Source of the DNA: Carcharhinus amblyrhynchos
Lineage: Eukaryota
Length of the DNA stretch: 64,000 nucleotides
Reading direction: 5' to 3'
Assembly (NCBI GenBank): GCA_965287045.1
Contig: OZ336870.1
Coordinates: 156,178,001 to 156,242,000, forward strand
The translations under genes were made by a program, and so were the position numbers. The notes beneath the pieces are model-generated. The model did not search any database, was not told the origin of the DNA, and saw only the letters and a program-made list of their open reading frames with translations. Positions 1 to 12,902 of this stretch are shown in pieces (positions within the stretch are counted from its first letter, which is position 1; each line of letters begins with the position of its first letter).

Positions 1-84
1 TTGTAGGATTCTATGTTCTTTTTCAGCTGCAGATGTTGAGATAGTGTGCATGAAGTTTTATTGTGTATCTTGCACCTTAGCTTA

Positions 85-290
85 AAACAGAGTTGTGAAT
101 CTGTGGAATTTGCTACCCCAAAGTGTGGTGGATGGATGCTGGGACAGTAAATAAATTTAAGGAGGAGTTAGACAGATTTTTAATTGGTACTGGGTTGAAG
201 AGTTATGGGGAGAAGGCAGGAAAACGGGGATGAGGAGCATATCAGCCATGATCGAATGGCCTAATTCTGCTCCTATATCTTATGAACTTA
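85..290 (+). mobile_element. CR1 LINE 3' end fragment
   Basis: gttgtgaatctgtggaatt... to tcagccatgatcgaatggcct...ctcctatatcttatg, same tail type as CR1 copies at 43.9, 46.9 and 55.0 kb. Confidence 0.75.
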
Positions 291-2479
291 GCTGGAACTG
301 GTTGTTCATATAGATGCCTGGAAATTCCTCAGGGATTCTCCTGGTACACAATTCTCAGTGACATGGCAGAAAGGGATCAAAACAATCGTTTCTTCAAGGT
401 TTTTACTGATCCTCTGCCAATATTAGATCATTAGATTAGGAGAATACTCCAATGTTCCCAAAGGATGAACAGGGAATTAAAATCCTGCCATTGGTAGTCA
501 GTGTTTTCACAAATAGATGATTCAACAAAAATGAATTGAATACGTTTGTTTTAAAGTTGGACAATTAATTCCAGACTCATTATCAACTGACACACAAAAT
601 AAAGAAAACATGCTTGTCCAAGCAGTTAAGTCGATTGCCTATTGACCTGTGAAGGAGCGATCTCTCAGGAGTTTGACTTGATGTGTGGGACCTCTTTTTA
701 GTTCTTTGGAAAATTGCTTTCCAAAATGTGACGGAAGTAATTTCTGAAAAGGTCTATTAACAATAAATGATTAATAATTAAAAATGACTTGGTTCTTATT
801 GCTGTTGGCCGTACAGACTAGAAACTGGATCGTGAATCTCTCAAGCCAGGAGGATTCTATAAATTACATATTAATGAAAGCTCCTGTTTTTGAGATCTGC
901 GACTTTAGTTATGATGAAAGTGTAATTATAGAAAATGAGCAATGTCTTACTTCATTACTTATCCTGCATGAGGGCTGCAGAATTGAACAAGAAGATAGGA
1001 CTATTATTAAGTTGGTAATCTGAATGTCGAAAGAAGTTGATTTATTCATTCTTATTCCATGTGGAAGTTCCAAAATTCACCCTTAACTAGCTGTTAATGC
1101 ACTGTAATGTACATCTAGGCAACACTTTTTATATCTCTCATGATCTGCAGTATTTGCATCAATGTTTGCAATTTAAAAAAAAATAATTTGGTCTCTGCAG
1201 CCAGAAATGCAAGGCATGAGAGACTGGGGCCTATGAAGTGTTTGATTTACTCAGCACTGGCCATTGTATTGCAATACATGGAGAGAACTGAAAGCCCCTG
1301 CACAAAATAACCGAACAACCTCCTCATAATAAAACAAAGTATCAAACCAGTGGATGGTAAAGTGGAGGCACGGTGGAAGATAAGTATCTACACATCTCCA
1401 TTTTACCTCAGCTTGCAATTTAGTCTCAAAAAGCATAAGTACTCCATCAACATTGTTGTTCCCTTCCCTCTGCCATAAGTGCTGGTGCTCTTTAGGCAAT
1501 AAACAATCCTTCATTGTATACTGACATCAATATTATGGCTCCCTTCCCTGCCAGCACTACCACCAGGGCTGTCAGTAAAAGAAGTAAATCAGTTGACCTC
1601 TTTTAATCATACAAGATCAGCTCATTTGTATGTAAATGTAGAGAGGATCCATGGAGCAGAATTTTCCTATCCAATTAGTTACCTTCTTCCCTCATTATTC
1701 GTGTTCACATTGCATGTTTCTGTCAGGTTTTAATTTGCTCCTTGATGACCATCCACCAAAAAAGAATTTGCGTTCATGCAAAATAGCTTTCCATCAGGAT
1801 GTGGTCACCTAGTCAGTTCCTCTGTGCAGAGTTTCTCAAGTACATACTCACAGTGGAGGCTGCACTTTTAATGCAAAGTAGATCAAAGAATCCAAGTTAC
1901 GATTTTGTGTAGCCCTCATTCTCAGTTCTGACAGTGATTTCCCACTTGGGAGAGTGGCATATTTCCATACAATATTATGCTGTCTATGAAGTAAAAGCAA
2001 GATAAAGTTTCCCCTATTTCTTGATATTGTTCTCACAAAGAGAGATCAGCAAAAGACAAGTGGAAAGCTTTTTCTGGGAAAAGGCAGGGTTGATCCTCAC
2101 ATGCCATCCTCCCAGCAGGCCACTTTTCTATGGCAACGCAAGGCCTTTCAACCAGCCGACACCCCAAATGCACCACAGTGGCACAGATGCCTGTCAATCC
2201 TGTTCAACTAAAGGGGCTCCCCCAAAATCAAACTTTATAGGCACCAATGGCAGAGGTCCTATAGCAACGCACATAACATCACATGGCCAAGATACAGCCC
2301 TGTCGCAGATTTCCAACCTTGTGCTTGTATTGATTGTTTGACCCTGGAAGAATTTGGTTTAAACCTGGTGGATGGAAAATATTTTTAAATCCTTTTCAAA
2401 TTCCTTTTGCTTTTCCTTCCTACAGGGGAGCATATGAACAGGCAAATGATCTTAAAACTACTTCATCACTCTTAATGTT

Positions 2480-3370
2480 CTATGTTTCTTTGGGAGTGTG
2501 ATAAAGGAGATTGATAGGGGTAATTAGTGAATGTGGTATACTTTGGATTTCATTAAGACATGAATTTCAGTAAGATTGTTGATGAGGTCCCTCTAGAGAG
2601 ATTGAGACTGAAAATAAAGAAAGTGGTAAACAGTAAAAAAAATCTTGAAACGGATACATAATTGGTTGACCAATGGAAACGCAGGGGTTAGCGTTACAGT
2701 GACCATCATCAATCTGGGAGAATGTTACCAGTGTGGTCTCCCAGGGGTCTGTTTGAGACTTCTTTTGTTTAATAACTTCATGCATGATCTGAAGTTAGAA
2801 GTCACAAGCACAACAGCTGAATTTATAGATTGTACTGAGCTATTGAAGCTGGTAGACTCCAACGTTGATGAAGAGTAGCTACAGGAGCTAATATATAGCT
2901 TGAGATTGGTAGCAGATGAAAGTCAGTGTACAGAAACTCAAAATGCTTCATATGGAGACAAACTAATTTAGGGAAAGAATAATACTTAAATGGAAAGAAA
3001 ATAATGGACATGGAAAATTGAAGAGCTCTGTTTGGCAATAAATTGAAAGAAAGCTCAATTGCAATGAATAAAACAAACCAATTATTGGAATATATTAAAT
3101 ATTCATATTAAGCTGAAACAGTGAGGTAACCCTGACATTTTATAGATCATTGATGTAACCACACTAAGGATACAGTGTACAGTTCTAGTCACTTAAATAC
3201 AAATAATATATTGCAGCAATTGAAATGAAACAGAACAGGGATAGAGAGACTGGATTATGAAGGGCAATTATGTAAATTGAGCATACCATCACTGGAAAAG
3301 AGAAAGTTGAGAGATGATTGCTGTTTTTAGAATTCTGGATAATGTAGATCATGACAAGCTATTTCACTTC
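2480..3370 (+). mobile_element. Old degraded CR1 RT fragment
   Basis: Remnants of YLDF.KAFD, SGLPQGSV, FADDT and YCVQFWS motifs with many stops. Confidence 0.6.
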
Positions 3371-3583
3371 CTCACTTACATGGTGATTCAAAATCTGCAC
3401 ATTACTGCTGATGTTGTCAGAGTTAATGCCATGCCCTCATGAGGGCAGGCACATGTGGCACAATAGACACATCTTAGCTGCTGGCCATTGGGGAAAGGTC
3501 ATGTGAGGGATGACAGTAGCTGTTCCATCAGCCTCCTTTGTAAAGGCATGAGCCCCTAAGTGAACCCCATTCTGCATTTCAGA

Positions 3584-3904
3584 TAGAATAGAATCGTATA
3601 GTGCAAAAGGGGGCCAATTGATCCATTGTGCACCTACCACAATCCCATCCAGGTCTTATCCTCTTAACTCCATGCATTTACCCTAGCTAGTACCCCTGAC
3701 ACTAAGGGGCACTTCAGCATGGCCAATCCACCTAACTTGCACATTTTTGGGTTGTGGGAGGAAACCTGAGCATCTAGAGGAAACCCACACAGACACATGG
3801 AGAATGTGCAAACTTCACACAGACAGTGACCCAAGTCAGAAATCGAATCTGGTTCCCTGGTGCTGCGAGGCAGCAATATTGACCATTGTGCCACCATGCC
3901 GCCC
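3584..3904 (-). mobile_element. HE1-type V-SINE (tRNA head, V-domain, CR1-like tail)
   Basis: Reverse complement reads gggcggcatggtggcacaatgg...gtttgcacattctcc...ggtttcctc...ggattggccatgctgaagtgcccc. Confidence 0.85.
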
Positions 3905-4183
3905 TAATATTTATTATGCATAGTTTCACTTCACGTACCAATACTCAGCCAGACAGTGGATGTGGGAAGTTTTTGTCTAATACTTTTGTCTAATGTTTGA
4001 GAAGTAATAGGCTATATAAGCACATATATACCCAACGCTTCAATTAATCAGAAACAAATGTCTACTGTTAAACCAAAATGACGATGGAATAAAAGTTACC
4101 TGAGTCTGTTTTCCTGTCCTTGAATCAATGAACATAATGTGCTGACAATTACAATGACTACATGTGATCATTTCTGCTTTCAG

Positions 4184-4259
4184 ATGGAGAACAAAGCAGA
4201 ATCTGGACTACAGTTTTTTAATGATGTATGCACAAGCTAAAGGAGCTTTCTATTTACAG
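4184..4259 (+). CDS. MGAT4B-like: MGAT4-family (GnT-IV, MGAT4B-like/possibly MGAT4D) internal coding exon, (R)[25 protein letters not shown]
   Basis: tttctgctttcag acceptor and GTACAG donor; 76 nt; translation matches recalled MGAT4[25 protein letters not shown]; phase 0 end joins the next exon. Confidence 0.93.
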
Positions 4260-5139
4260 GTACAGTAACATCAGCATTATGTTACATAGTTTTTCTAGAT
4301 AAGTCTGGTCTTCAAAAGAAATCAATTCCAAGACAAGATATCTAGTATTGTATGTTCCACTAATAAGTCAACTCATGGGACATAAACATGAGAATTTAAT
4401 AGCTTTCAAATGCAATAACTGCAACTACTGGAAAATATCAGGTTATAACAACTGCAATGAAGGCCTTTTGTTTGAACCATCACATGAATCCGTTGTGTGG
4501 TTTGTTTCTTAATGGGAACAGTTTGATAAAACCCAAGGGGAGAGTGCAGGAAATAGAAATCATAAAGAGAACAAACAGCTTGCTTACTTCATATTTAAAA
4601 GAAAGGTATTTCACCACTTCTGACAAAGGTTGGCATCAATTCTTTCAGTAAGTCGAATTGAATAGGTTAAATATGCATGATCAATTTTTTTGCACTTTGC
4701 TTATTGAGAGAAGATTAAATTGTTAATTTTTGTTTGAATTACGTTCTCATCAGATGTCTTGTTGCACAATGAGTAATGTTGCTGCCTTTGAGCCAGAGGT
4801 TCTGGATTCAAATCCCACCGAGTCCCATCCCTGCATCCCATTCCCCAGCCTTTAGAATCAGGCCCATTGACCCAGTCCCACCCTTTGGGCCTACTACCCC
4901 TACCTGGAAACCCCATATACTCATTTTTGATCTGGACGCTTTCGCTTTTGCTGGGACTGGGTGTAGTCCCAGCTGTGGCCACAACTCCCAGTGATGCTGC
5001 TGAGACAGGAGAACTGCCAACCTATCGGAGATAGGGTGAACATTTTGCCTCCAGTAGGGTAATGCTCCACAGTGTTAATGGGTGCGGGATGGCAGAGACC
5101 AAGTTTAACAGAGAAGCAAGCTCTGCCAACTTGTTCAGT

Positions 5140-5347
5140 AAAAAGTCCGACAACACCAGGTTTTAGTCCAACCAATTTATTTGATAGTAAACGCACAAGC
5201 TTTCGAGGTTTCCCTCTTCGTCAGGTGAACCTCGAAACCTCGAAAGCTTGTGTGTTTACTATCAAATAAATCGGTTGGACTAAAACCTGGTGTTGTCAGA
5301 CTTTTTACTGTGTTTACCCCAGTCCAACGCCGGCACATCCACATCAT
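5140..5347. mobile_element. Penelope-like inverted pseudo-LTR insert with minimal hammerhead core
   Basis: Inverted arms 5136-~5215 and ~5235-5310, 37-nt tail, 12-bp TSD aacttgttcagt (5128-5139 / 5348-5359). Confidence 0.8.
5193..5230 (-). ncRNA. Minimal type I hammerhead ribozyme motif
   Basis: Minus strand reads cac CUGACGA a GAGG-GAAA-CCUC GAAA GCUU gug; intact core, 4-bp stem II, palindromic AGCU stem III. Confidence 0.7.
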
Positions 5348-5437
5348 AACTTGTTCAGTGGCAGTGAGAAGCCCTGTCATCCAAAAAATCCTTCCTGAAT
5401 TCAGTCTTTTACCACGTGGCAACTGAGAATAGGCAAG

Positions 5438-5648
5438 TCTCACAACACCAGGTTAAAAGTCCAACAGGTTTATTTGGAATCACAAGCTTTCAGAGTGCTG
5501 CTCCTTCATTAGATGAGTTCTGGGCTCACTTGATGAAGGAGCAGCACTCTGATGGCTCGTGATTCCAAATAAACTTGTTGGACTTTAACCTGGTGTGGTG
5601 ACACTTCTTATTATGCCCACCCCAGTCCAACACCAGCATCTCCACATC
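5438..5648. mobile_element. Older Penelope-like palindromic insert (second subfamily), decayed hammerhead cores
   Basis: Inverted arms, tail ccccagtccaacaccagcatctccacatc, 13-bp TSD gagaataggcaag (5425-5437 / 5649-5661); cores mutated (TTGATGA, CTAATGA). Confidence 0.75.
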
Positions 5649-5967
5649 GAGAATAGGCAAGACAGAAAAGTGGTGTAAAGTAATATGTGATTCTACTAAA
5701 GAGCTGAAACATCATATCTGAATATTTTCTCATGCGCCCATGTGCATATATCTGGTCAACTATGAAACTTTTTCTTTTCTTTCTATTGTTCCTACATGGT
5801 GGAACTCTATGACTTCAGCAGATGTAAAGGCAGGTGGCTCAGATCCACGCACTGACTGCTGAGATGCCCTTGGCTGATGACGTGTGTTTTAGTACCTTAG
5901 TGGACCAGTAAAAGAGTACCCCACTTCTACCAGTACAGCGCCAGACTCAGCCACTGGGAGAAGAGAA

Positions 5968-6560
5968 GCATAGAAACAAGATTAGGCCATTTGGTCCCTC
6001 AGCCTGCTTCGCCATTCAACATGATCATGGCTAATCCTCTATCTCCTGTGCTCTCTCCATATCCCTTGATACTGCTAGAGTGTAGGAACCTATTTCCTCC
6101 TTAAATATATTCAGTGATTTGGCCTCTGCAGCCTTCTGAGATAGAGAACTCATAGGTTCACCACCCACTGAGTGAAAAAATTTCTCTTCATCTCAGTCGT
6201 AAATGGCCTACCCCACATCCTGAGACTGAGCTGTTGCTCTAGAGCCCCAGCCGGAGGAAACAATATCCCTGCATCCAATCTGTCAGAATTTTATACATTT
6301 CAATTAGATCTCTCATTCTTCCAAATTCCAGTGAATACAGGCCTTGTTGACCCACTCTCTCCTCATATGACAGTCCTGCCATCCCAGGAATCAGTCTGGT
6401 GAACCTTCGCTGCACCCCCTCAACGGCAAGTACATCCTTTCTTAGATAAGGAGACCAAAACTCCAGGTGTGGTCTCACCAAGGCCCCATACAGCTGCAGT
6501 AAGACACTCTTGCTGTTGTACTCAAGCGCTCATGCAAAGCCCTTTCGCAATGAAGGCCAA
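5968..6560 (-). mobile_element. CR1 3' fragment
   Basis: ORF 6239-6481 VRPHLE..WSPYLRKD..EGVQRRFTRLIPG. Confidence 0.9.
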
Positions 6561-6955
6561 GAGGCAGCATGTCAGATACTGACTGAGTGTGTAGGAGAGA
6601 GGTCAATCAATGGATGAGAAGTGGAAACGTTTTCGGTAGAGTTCTTGCTTCTGTGCCCTTTTTCTGTTTAATCCTTCTCAGCCAATTTACTGCTAGAACT
6701 CTGCAGGAGGACACATTGATGCAGGTCAGTGACATGCTACAAGGCCATGGTTAAGCTATCTGTCGTCCTGTTTAACGTGGCAGGCATATGTTGACATCTA
6801 AAATCTGTACAGCCATGAACAAGGCTGGTATGGAATCATTTGATTCCTGTGATTAATAATCAATGTATGTAGACGCTGTTGAAATGTCCTGCAACATCAC
6901 CCACTCATTCTTGAGGCTCCTCCACTCATTCTGTAATCACAGGTAAAAGTTTGGT

Positions 6956-9900
6956 GGGGGAACATGTCACGTCCTTTCAGAGCGGATTGTCCATCCTTTG
7001 TCCCCACCTGGCACTTAGCTCTCACCTGTGGCTCCCTGTAGCTGTGTGCATGTGACAGCGGCCACACCCGGGCAATAGCCTTGACAAGCCGGCTAAACCA
7101 GGTGAGGGTAGCCGACGGGTCTCAACCCTCGGGGAGATAGGGAGATGTCTATCCCAGTATGTGAAGACAGAGTCCAGCAGATTGAACGGACGAGACCAAT
7201 GGAAGGTCCAACAGTCAAGAAGGCAGTCTGTGCAAGAGTTGTGGAACACAAAGAGCAGGACAAGACACAGAAGACGTCCTGGACATCCACTGTGCCTAGT
7301 CTCACCTCCAGCCATCTTGACTCTTGTCTTGCCACTGGATCTAGATGGGAATTGGTAAGAGAGAATGAGGCTGACGCTGCGCAACTCTCCCTCACTTTAA
7401 TCCAAATCAAGTGCTTGTTTCGACACCATCATCATGTGATACAGCAGACAGACCAGAGAGAAGAATAGCCAGAGGGCTTGCAAGATACAACATTGACATT
7501 GCAGCCCTGAGCGAAACTCATCTTGCCAATGTAGGTCAGTTGACTGAAACTGGAGGTGGATACACTTTTTTGTGGAGCGGTCACAGCAGCAATGAGCGTC
7601 GTGCTGCTGGAGTTGGATTCGCCGTCAGCAGTCACCTTGTTCGGAAACTTGATAGTCTACCCAAGGGTGTGAACGACAGGCTTATGACATTATAGCTTCC
7701 CCTACAGAACAGAAGTCAAGCCACCCTGACCAGCGCCTATGCCCCCACAATGAACAACCCAGATGAGATGAAAGAAGTTCTACAAAGAACTAGACGCCTT
7801 ACTATCAGCAGTGAACAGTACTGTCAAGCTGATTTTGCTTGGCGATTTCAATGCAAGAGTAGGGTATGACTCTGCAATCTGGCAGGGAGTCATTGGGAGG
7901 CATGGAGTGGGCAAGTGTAACAGTAATGGCCTACTCTTACTGAAGACCTGTGCAGCACACGACCTCCTCATCACCAACACAACCTTCCATCTGCCTACCT
8001 GTAACAAGACTTCGTAGATGCACCCTCGCTCTAAGCATTGGCATCTTATTGACTATGTCATTGTCAGGAGAAAAGACAGGCAGGATGTCAGAGTAACCAA
8101 GGCCGTGTGTGGTGCTGACTGCTGGACAGATCATAGGCTCATTGTTTCCAAAATGAGACTCCGCATCAGACCCAAGAGGCGACCACAAGGAAGCAAGGTT
8201 ATGAAAATAATCAATGCGGCCAAGCTAAATAACCCCAGCACAGCTTCAGCACTGGCTGAAGACTTAGAACTCAAGCTTGCTGACCTACACCTCGCAGGCA
8301 GCGCTGAGGATGACTGAGAATGCTTCAGGGATGCTATCCATACATCTGTGCTGAAGACGCTCAGGCCCTCCACCCACAAGCAGCATGATTGGTTTGATGA
8401 GAATGATGAGGAGATACAGGCTCTACTTGTTGAAAAGCACCGTCTTCATCGGGCCTATCAGAACGACCCATCTTCAGCTGCCAAGAAAAATGCTTTTACC
8501 AGTGCTCACAGGATAGTCCAGAATAAACTGTGTAAAATACAGGATGCCTGGCTGAGCGCCAAGGCAGATGAAATACAGGGATACGCTGACAGAAACGACT
8601 TGAAACAGTTCTATGAAGCCCTCAACATTCTCTATGGACCTCAATCTCTCGGGAGCTCCCCACTCCTGAGTACAGATGGTACAACTCTCATTACAGAGAA
8701 GGCTCAGATCCTGCAGAGATGGGCTGAGCACTTTGAAGCCGTCCTCAACCAACCGTCATCTACTAACAATGAGGCAGTAGACAGGATTCCCCAAGATGAT
8801 ATCAACAGTGCCAAGGATGACCCACCAGTAGTAGCTGAAGTCACGAAAGCTGTCAGCCAGCTATCCAGTGGCAAAGCCCCAGGGCCAGATGCCATACCCA
8901 CAGAGATCTATAAAGCTGCTGGTCCTGCACTTATCGAGAAGCTCACTGAGTTGTTCCAGTCCTTTTGGAAGCAAGGATCCATTCCTCAGGAACTTAAAAA
9001 TGCTTCTATCATATACCTCTACAAGAGGAAGGGCAATCGGCAAGTATGTGACAACCACTGAGGAATCTCGATGCTCTCCATCACAGGAAAAACCCTCACA
9101 AGAGTCCTGCTAAATCATCTGGTCACTCATCTGGAGCTGGGCCTGCTTCCAGAGTCACTGTGTGGCTTCCGCAAAGGTTGTGGGGCTACTGACATGGCTT
9201 TTGCTACGCGCCAACTTCAGGAGAAGTGTCAGGAGCAGAATCGCGAGCTCTACACAACCTTTGTTGACCTCGAGAAAGCCTTCGACACTGTAAGCCGACA
9301 AGGCCTGTGGAGGATCATGTCAAAGTTCGGCTGCCCCCCCAAATTCATTCAGATGGTACGCCAGTTCCATGATGGCATGATGGCCACGAATCCTCTGAGG
9401 CATTCCCAGTCGCCAATGGCGTCAAACAAGGCTGTGTGCTCGCACCCTCACTGTTCAGCATGATGTTTACTGCCATGCTGAATGATGCCTTCCAGGACAG
9501 CGTTGCTGGAATTAGCCTCAAGTACAGAGTGGATGGGAAGCTTTTCAACCTGAAGAGACTTCAAGCTATTACCAAAGTGAAAGAGACCGTTCTGAGAGAT
9601 TTCCTCTTTGCCGATGACTGCGCCCTGTATGCTGGCTCAGAACCAGAGATGCAAGTCAGTATGGACAAATTTTCCACGGCTTGTGACAACTTTGGACTCA
9701 CCATCAACATTAAAAAGACTGAAGTCGTGCACCAGCCAGCTCCTCATGCACCGTACACAGAACCCATAATCACAACCTAAGGGCAGAAACTACAGGCAGT
9801 GGACCAGTTCACTTACCTTGGCAGCACTCTCTCCCAAGCAGTGACTATTGATGCAGAAGTTAACCGCAGAATAGCAAAGGCTAATTCTGCCTTTGGTAGA

Positions 9901-10611
9901 CAGCGCTCCACTGGATGGGAACATCAAGGAATCAGCCCAGCAACAAAACTGAAGGTCTACAGCGCCGCGGTACTCACTACCCTCCTGTATGCCTGTGAAA
10001 AGTGGACTGTGTATCGAAGGCATGCAAGACAGCTCAATCATTTCCACATGACTTGTCTTCGCAGAATATTACGCATCAGATGGCAAGACAAAATACCAGA
10101 CACTGAAGTTCTCTCTAGAGCAAGTCTACCATCAGTCCACACACTGCTGATGAGAGCGCAGACCTGGTGGGCAGGTCATGTCATCCGTATGTCAGATGAG
10201 CGCATACCCAAGCAGCTCCTTTTTGGGGAACTCTCTGTTGGAAGACACTCGCATGGAGGGCAGAAGAAACGTTTCAAAGACACACTCAAAGCCTCCCTGA
10301 AGTCGCTTGACATTGACACGGCCACCTGGGAAACGCTGGCACAAAACCATCCTACCTGGCGCTGCCTCATCCACAAAGGCTATCAAGCTCACGAAGCAAG
10401 GTGTATTGCTGAAGCACAACTTAAGCGCGAGCTGCGCAAGTCCAGAGCCACCAGCGCAACAACTACAGTGTCTACACAAGTCTGTCCAATATGTGCCAGG
10501 ACATTCCGTGCCCGAATTGGCCTGATCAGTCATCTTCGGACACACCGCAACCAGCCTCAAAATGACTAATGGTGTCGAGGTCCTCATCGATGATGATGGA
10601 CGAACAACAAC
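6956..10611 (+). mobile_element. Full-length RTE-clade (BovB-like) LINE, APE + RT + C-terminal C2H2 finger, inactivated by several stops and frameshifts
   Basis: [73 protein letters not shown]; (gat)n/(caa)n 3' tail; degenerate TSD aatcacagg.aa...gtttggt at 6935 and 10612. Confidence 0.95.
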
Positions 10612-12059
10612 AATCACAGGCAATGTGTTTGGTAGTCCTGTCAGCACACCGCACATTCTCTGTGTTGCAGGCCACTGAATCTACTTAACATTGACAGCTC
10701 CCAGGGGACAGCATGCAGCAGAACAGGTTCTGGAAAGGTCTGTCCCCTCTGACATTAGCTTGTGACTGATGTCCCTGCCACTACCATCTGCTCTTGCTCA
10801 CTCACTTGTGAATGTGGTTCACCAGGTGAAAACCCAACCATCTGTCTAACTGTACCAAAGTGTGAGAGTATCTGAGCTGGTGCATAGTTAAAATTAGTCC
10901 TGTGGCAGTGCCCCTTCAGAAGAAATCCACTCCTCAGAGAATTCATTGTCCATGATGTCCATTGAGTGCTGCTGTGCACATGTGAAGTCCTGTCAGACAG
11001 AAAATAGATGAATTAAAACTGGCAAAGTCAGAATGTCGCACCTTATCATTATGAAGATGATCCTTTTTCACTCACTGTTGAAATAAAGTCAAGAATTGCA
11101 CTCTCTACTGCCATGGCGGGGAGAGCTGCCTGATTAGTAGCATGTATTTATCTAATAGATACGGTGCATTTGGTAAATTGATTGTAATGGAGAGTCACCC
11201 TGACATTTCATTGGCCTCTTTCTAGTTCATTTATTGATGTGAGTCAACTTTTGCTGGTTTTCTGGATGAGCGTGCACAGACCTTTTATGATTATCAGCTG
11301 AATGTCCAGCTAATAAGCAGAAGATGGGAATAAATCTGTCTAATATCCTCCTGTTACCATACCAACAGCTAACTGCTCTCCCATGAAGGCTGCCAAAACA
11401 ACATCCTGGATCTTTTCAGTTCTTAGTTTCTCTATTTGAAATTTTGGCAGATACAGAACATTTTGACCAGATCACATTTGCAAAACCAGTCAAAAATATC
11501 ATCTCTGTGGCCATAGACTTGTGGCACTGTTTCAACTCCTCTGACTTGCAATTTATTACTAATAACTCAATTTAATATTCCACACCGAGTGTTTTGAAAT
11601 TGTACGATTTCCAGTGAATCTCATCCAATATAATTCACTTGTCAGATCACATGCTAATTTTATCAGTTTGGTAGTGTGTGAAGTGACCTCGATATCTCCA
11701 TTCTATCCAGCAGGCCTCTGGCTTGATGTTGTCAGGCACTCTTGTGAAAGTACGGTACTGCTCCTCTTCACTCTCCTCTTATTGAATAGCATCAGCCAGA
11801 ATTTTCCATGATTCCTGCAGGCACCTCACAGTTCTGGCTCAGCATCAAATTGCATGTGATGACACTGGGAGAAATTCCCAGCACAAGATTACACTAAGCA
11901 CACACCTGCCATCAATTAAAGAGCCTAATACAGCAATTAAAGGGCCAATCGACTACAGTTTTGGGCTTTTCATTTTTACGTTTGACATATAGGCGAAACA
12001 GGTAGACAAGAATCACATTCTAGATCCAGAGCAGGATTTAAGGACCAGAAGGAACATTG

Positions 12060-12308
12060 TATGTGCAGAGTCTGCACGTTCTTCCCATGTCTGCATAGGA
12101 TTCCTCTGGGTGGTCCAGTCCCCTTCCACAGTCCAGAGAGGTGTGGGTTAGATTGATTGGCCTTTGTAAAGTGTCTCTTAGTGTCAGGGGGACGAGCAGG
12201 ATAAATATGTGGAGTTATGGTGATAAGGGTTGGGTGAGATTGTGGTTGGTGCTGGCCAAGTGGACTGAATGGCCTCCTTCTGCACTATAAGGATTCTATG
12301 ATTCTATG
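12060..12308 (+). mobile_element. 5'-truncated HE1-type V-SINE
   Basis: V-domain (gagtctgcacgttcttcccatgtctgc...) and ggcctccttctgcact...gattctatgattctatg tail. Confidence 0.75.
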
Positions 12309-12902
12309 AGATATGAGGAGGTAGGAGTTTAAAATTGAGTTATGAGTCTGTGCATTACTGATTATTTAATGAAGCATTCTGTTCACTGCCATTAGGTAAG
12401 GAAGCTTAAATTATTACAAAGGCTTTTTGCAGACAGGTCTCATCATAACTCGAATCAAACCTCTGCAGGCGGAAGTTTTGAAATGGACAGTGTTTACCCT
12501 GCTGGAGGGACTTCCTTGGATGAGGAGGAGAGGGCACGAAGGGAGGGGAGGACAGTTGGCTGTAGACAGCGCAATACAATATGCTCTCCAGATGGGGAGG
12601 CACAACCTGAAAATGTCGAAGGCCAGCAAGTGTTGCAAGGGAATGGGGGCAGGAGGAGGCATCAGTATCCTCCTGGAAGATTCAACAGGTTGAGATCCAG
12701 TGATGAACAACGTTCCACTGCTCAAGGGAAACAGTAACCTCAATAGGTGACATGATAGTTTGAGGCTATCTCAGGGCCTATGTGTCATGGAGTCATGGGG
12801 TGGAATTTTACAAAAAGAACTCAAAGTGCCAAACTAGTGAGAAAACAGGAGAGTTTCAGACTCGTCTTAGGTAGGTTTGAAAATGCAATCTTATAGCAAA
12901 AT

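Noticed and set aside
11614-11811. EVTSISPFYP resembling the MGAT4 EVISPSPHFYP exon
   Set aside because: Wrong position in exon order, no flanking similarity, no convincing splice sites
12360-12790. Possible Harbinger Myb/SANT-like coding remnant
   Set aside because: Too degraded to support from sequence alone
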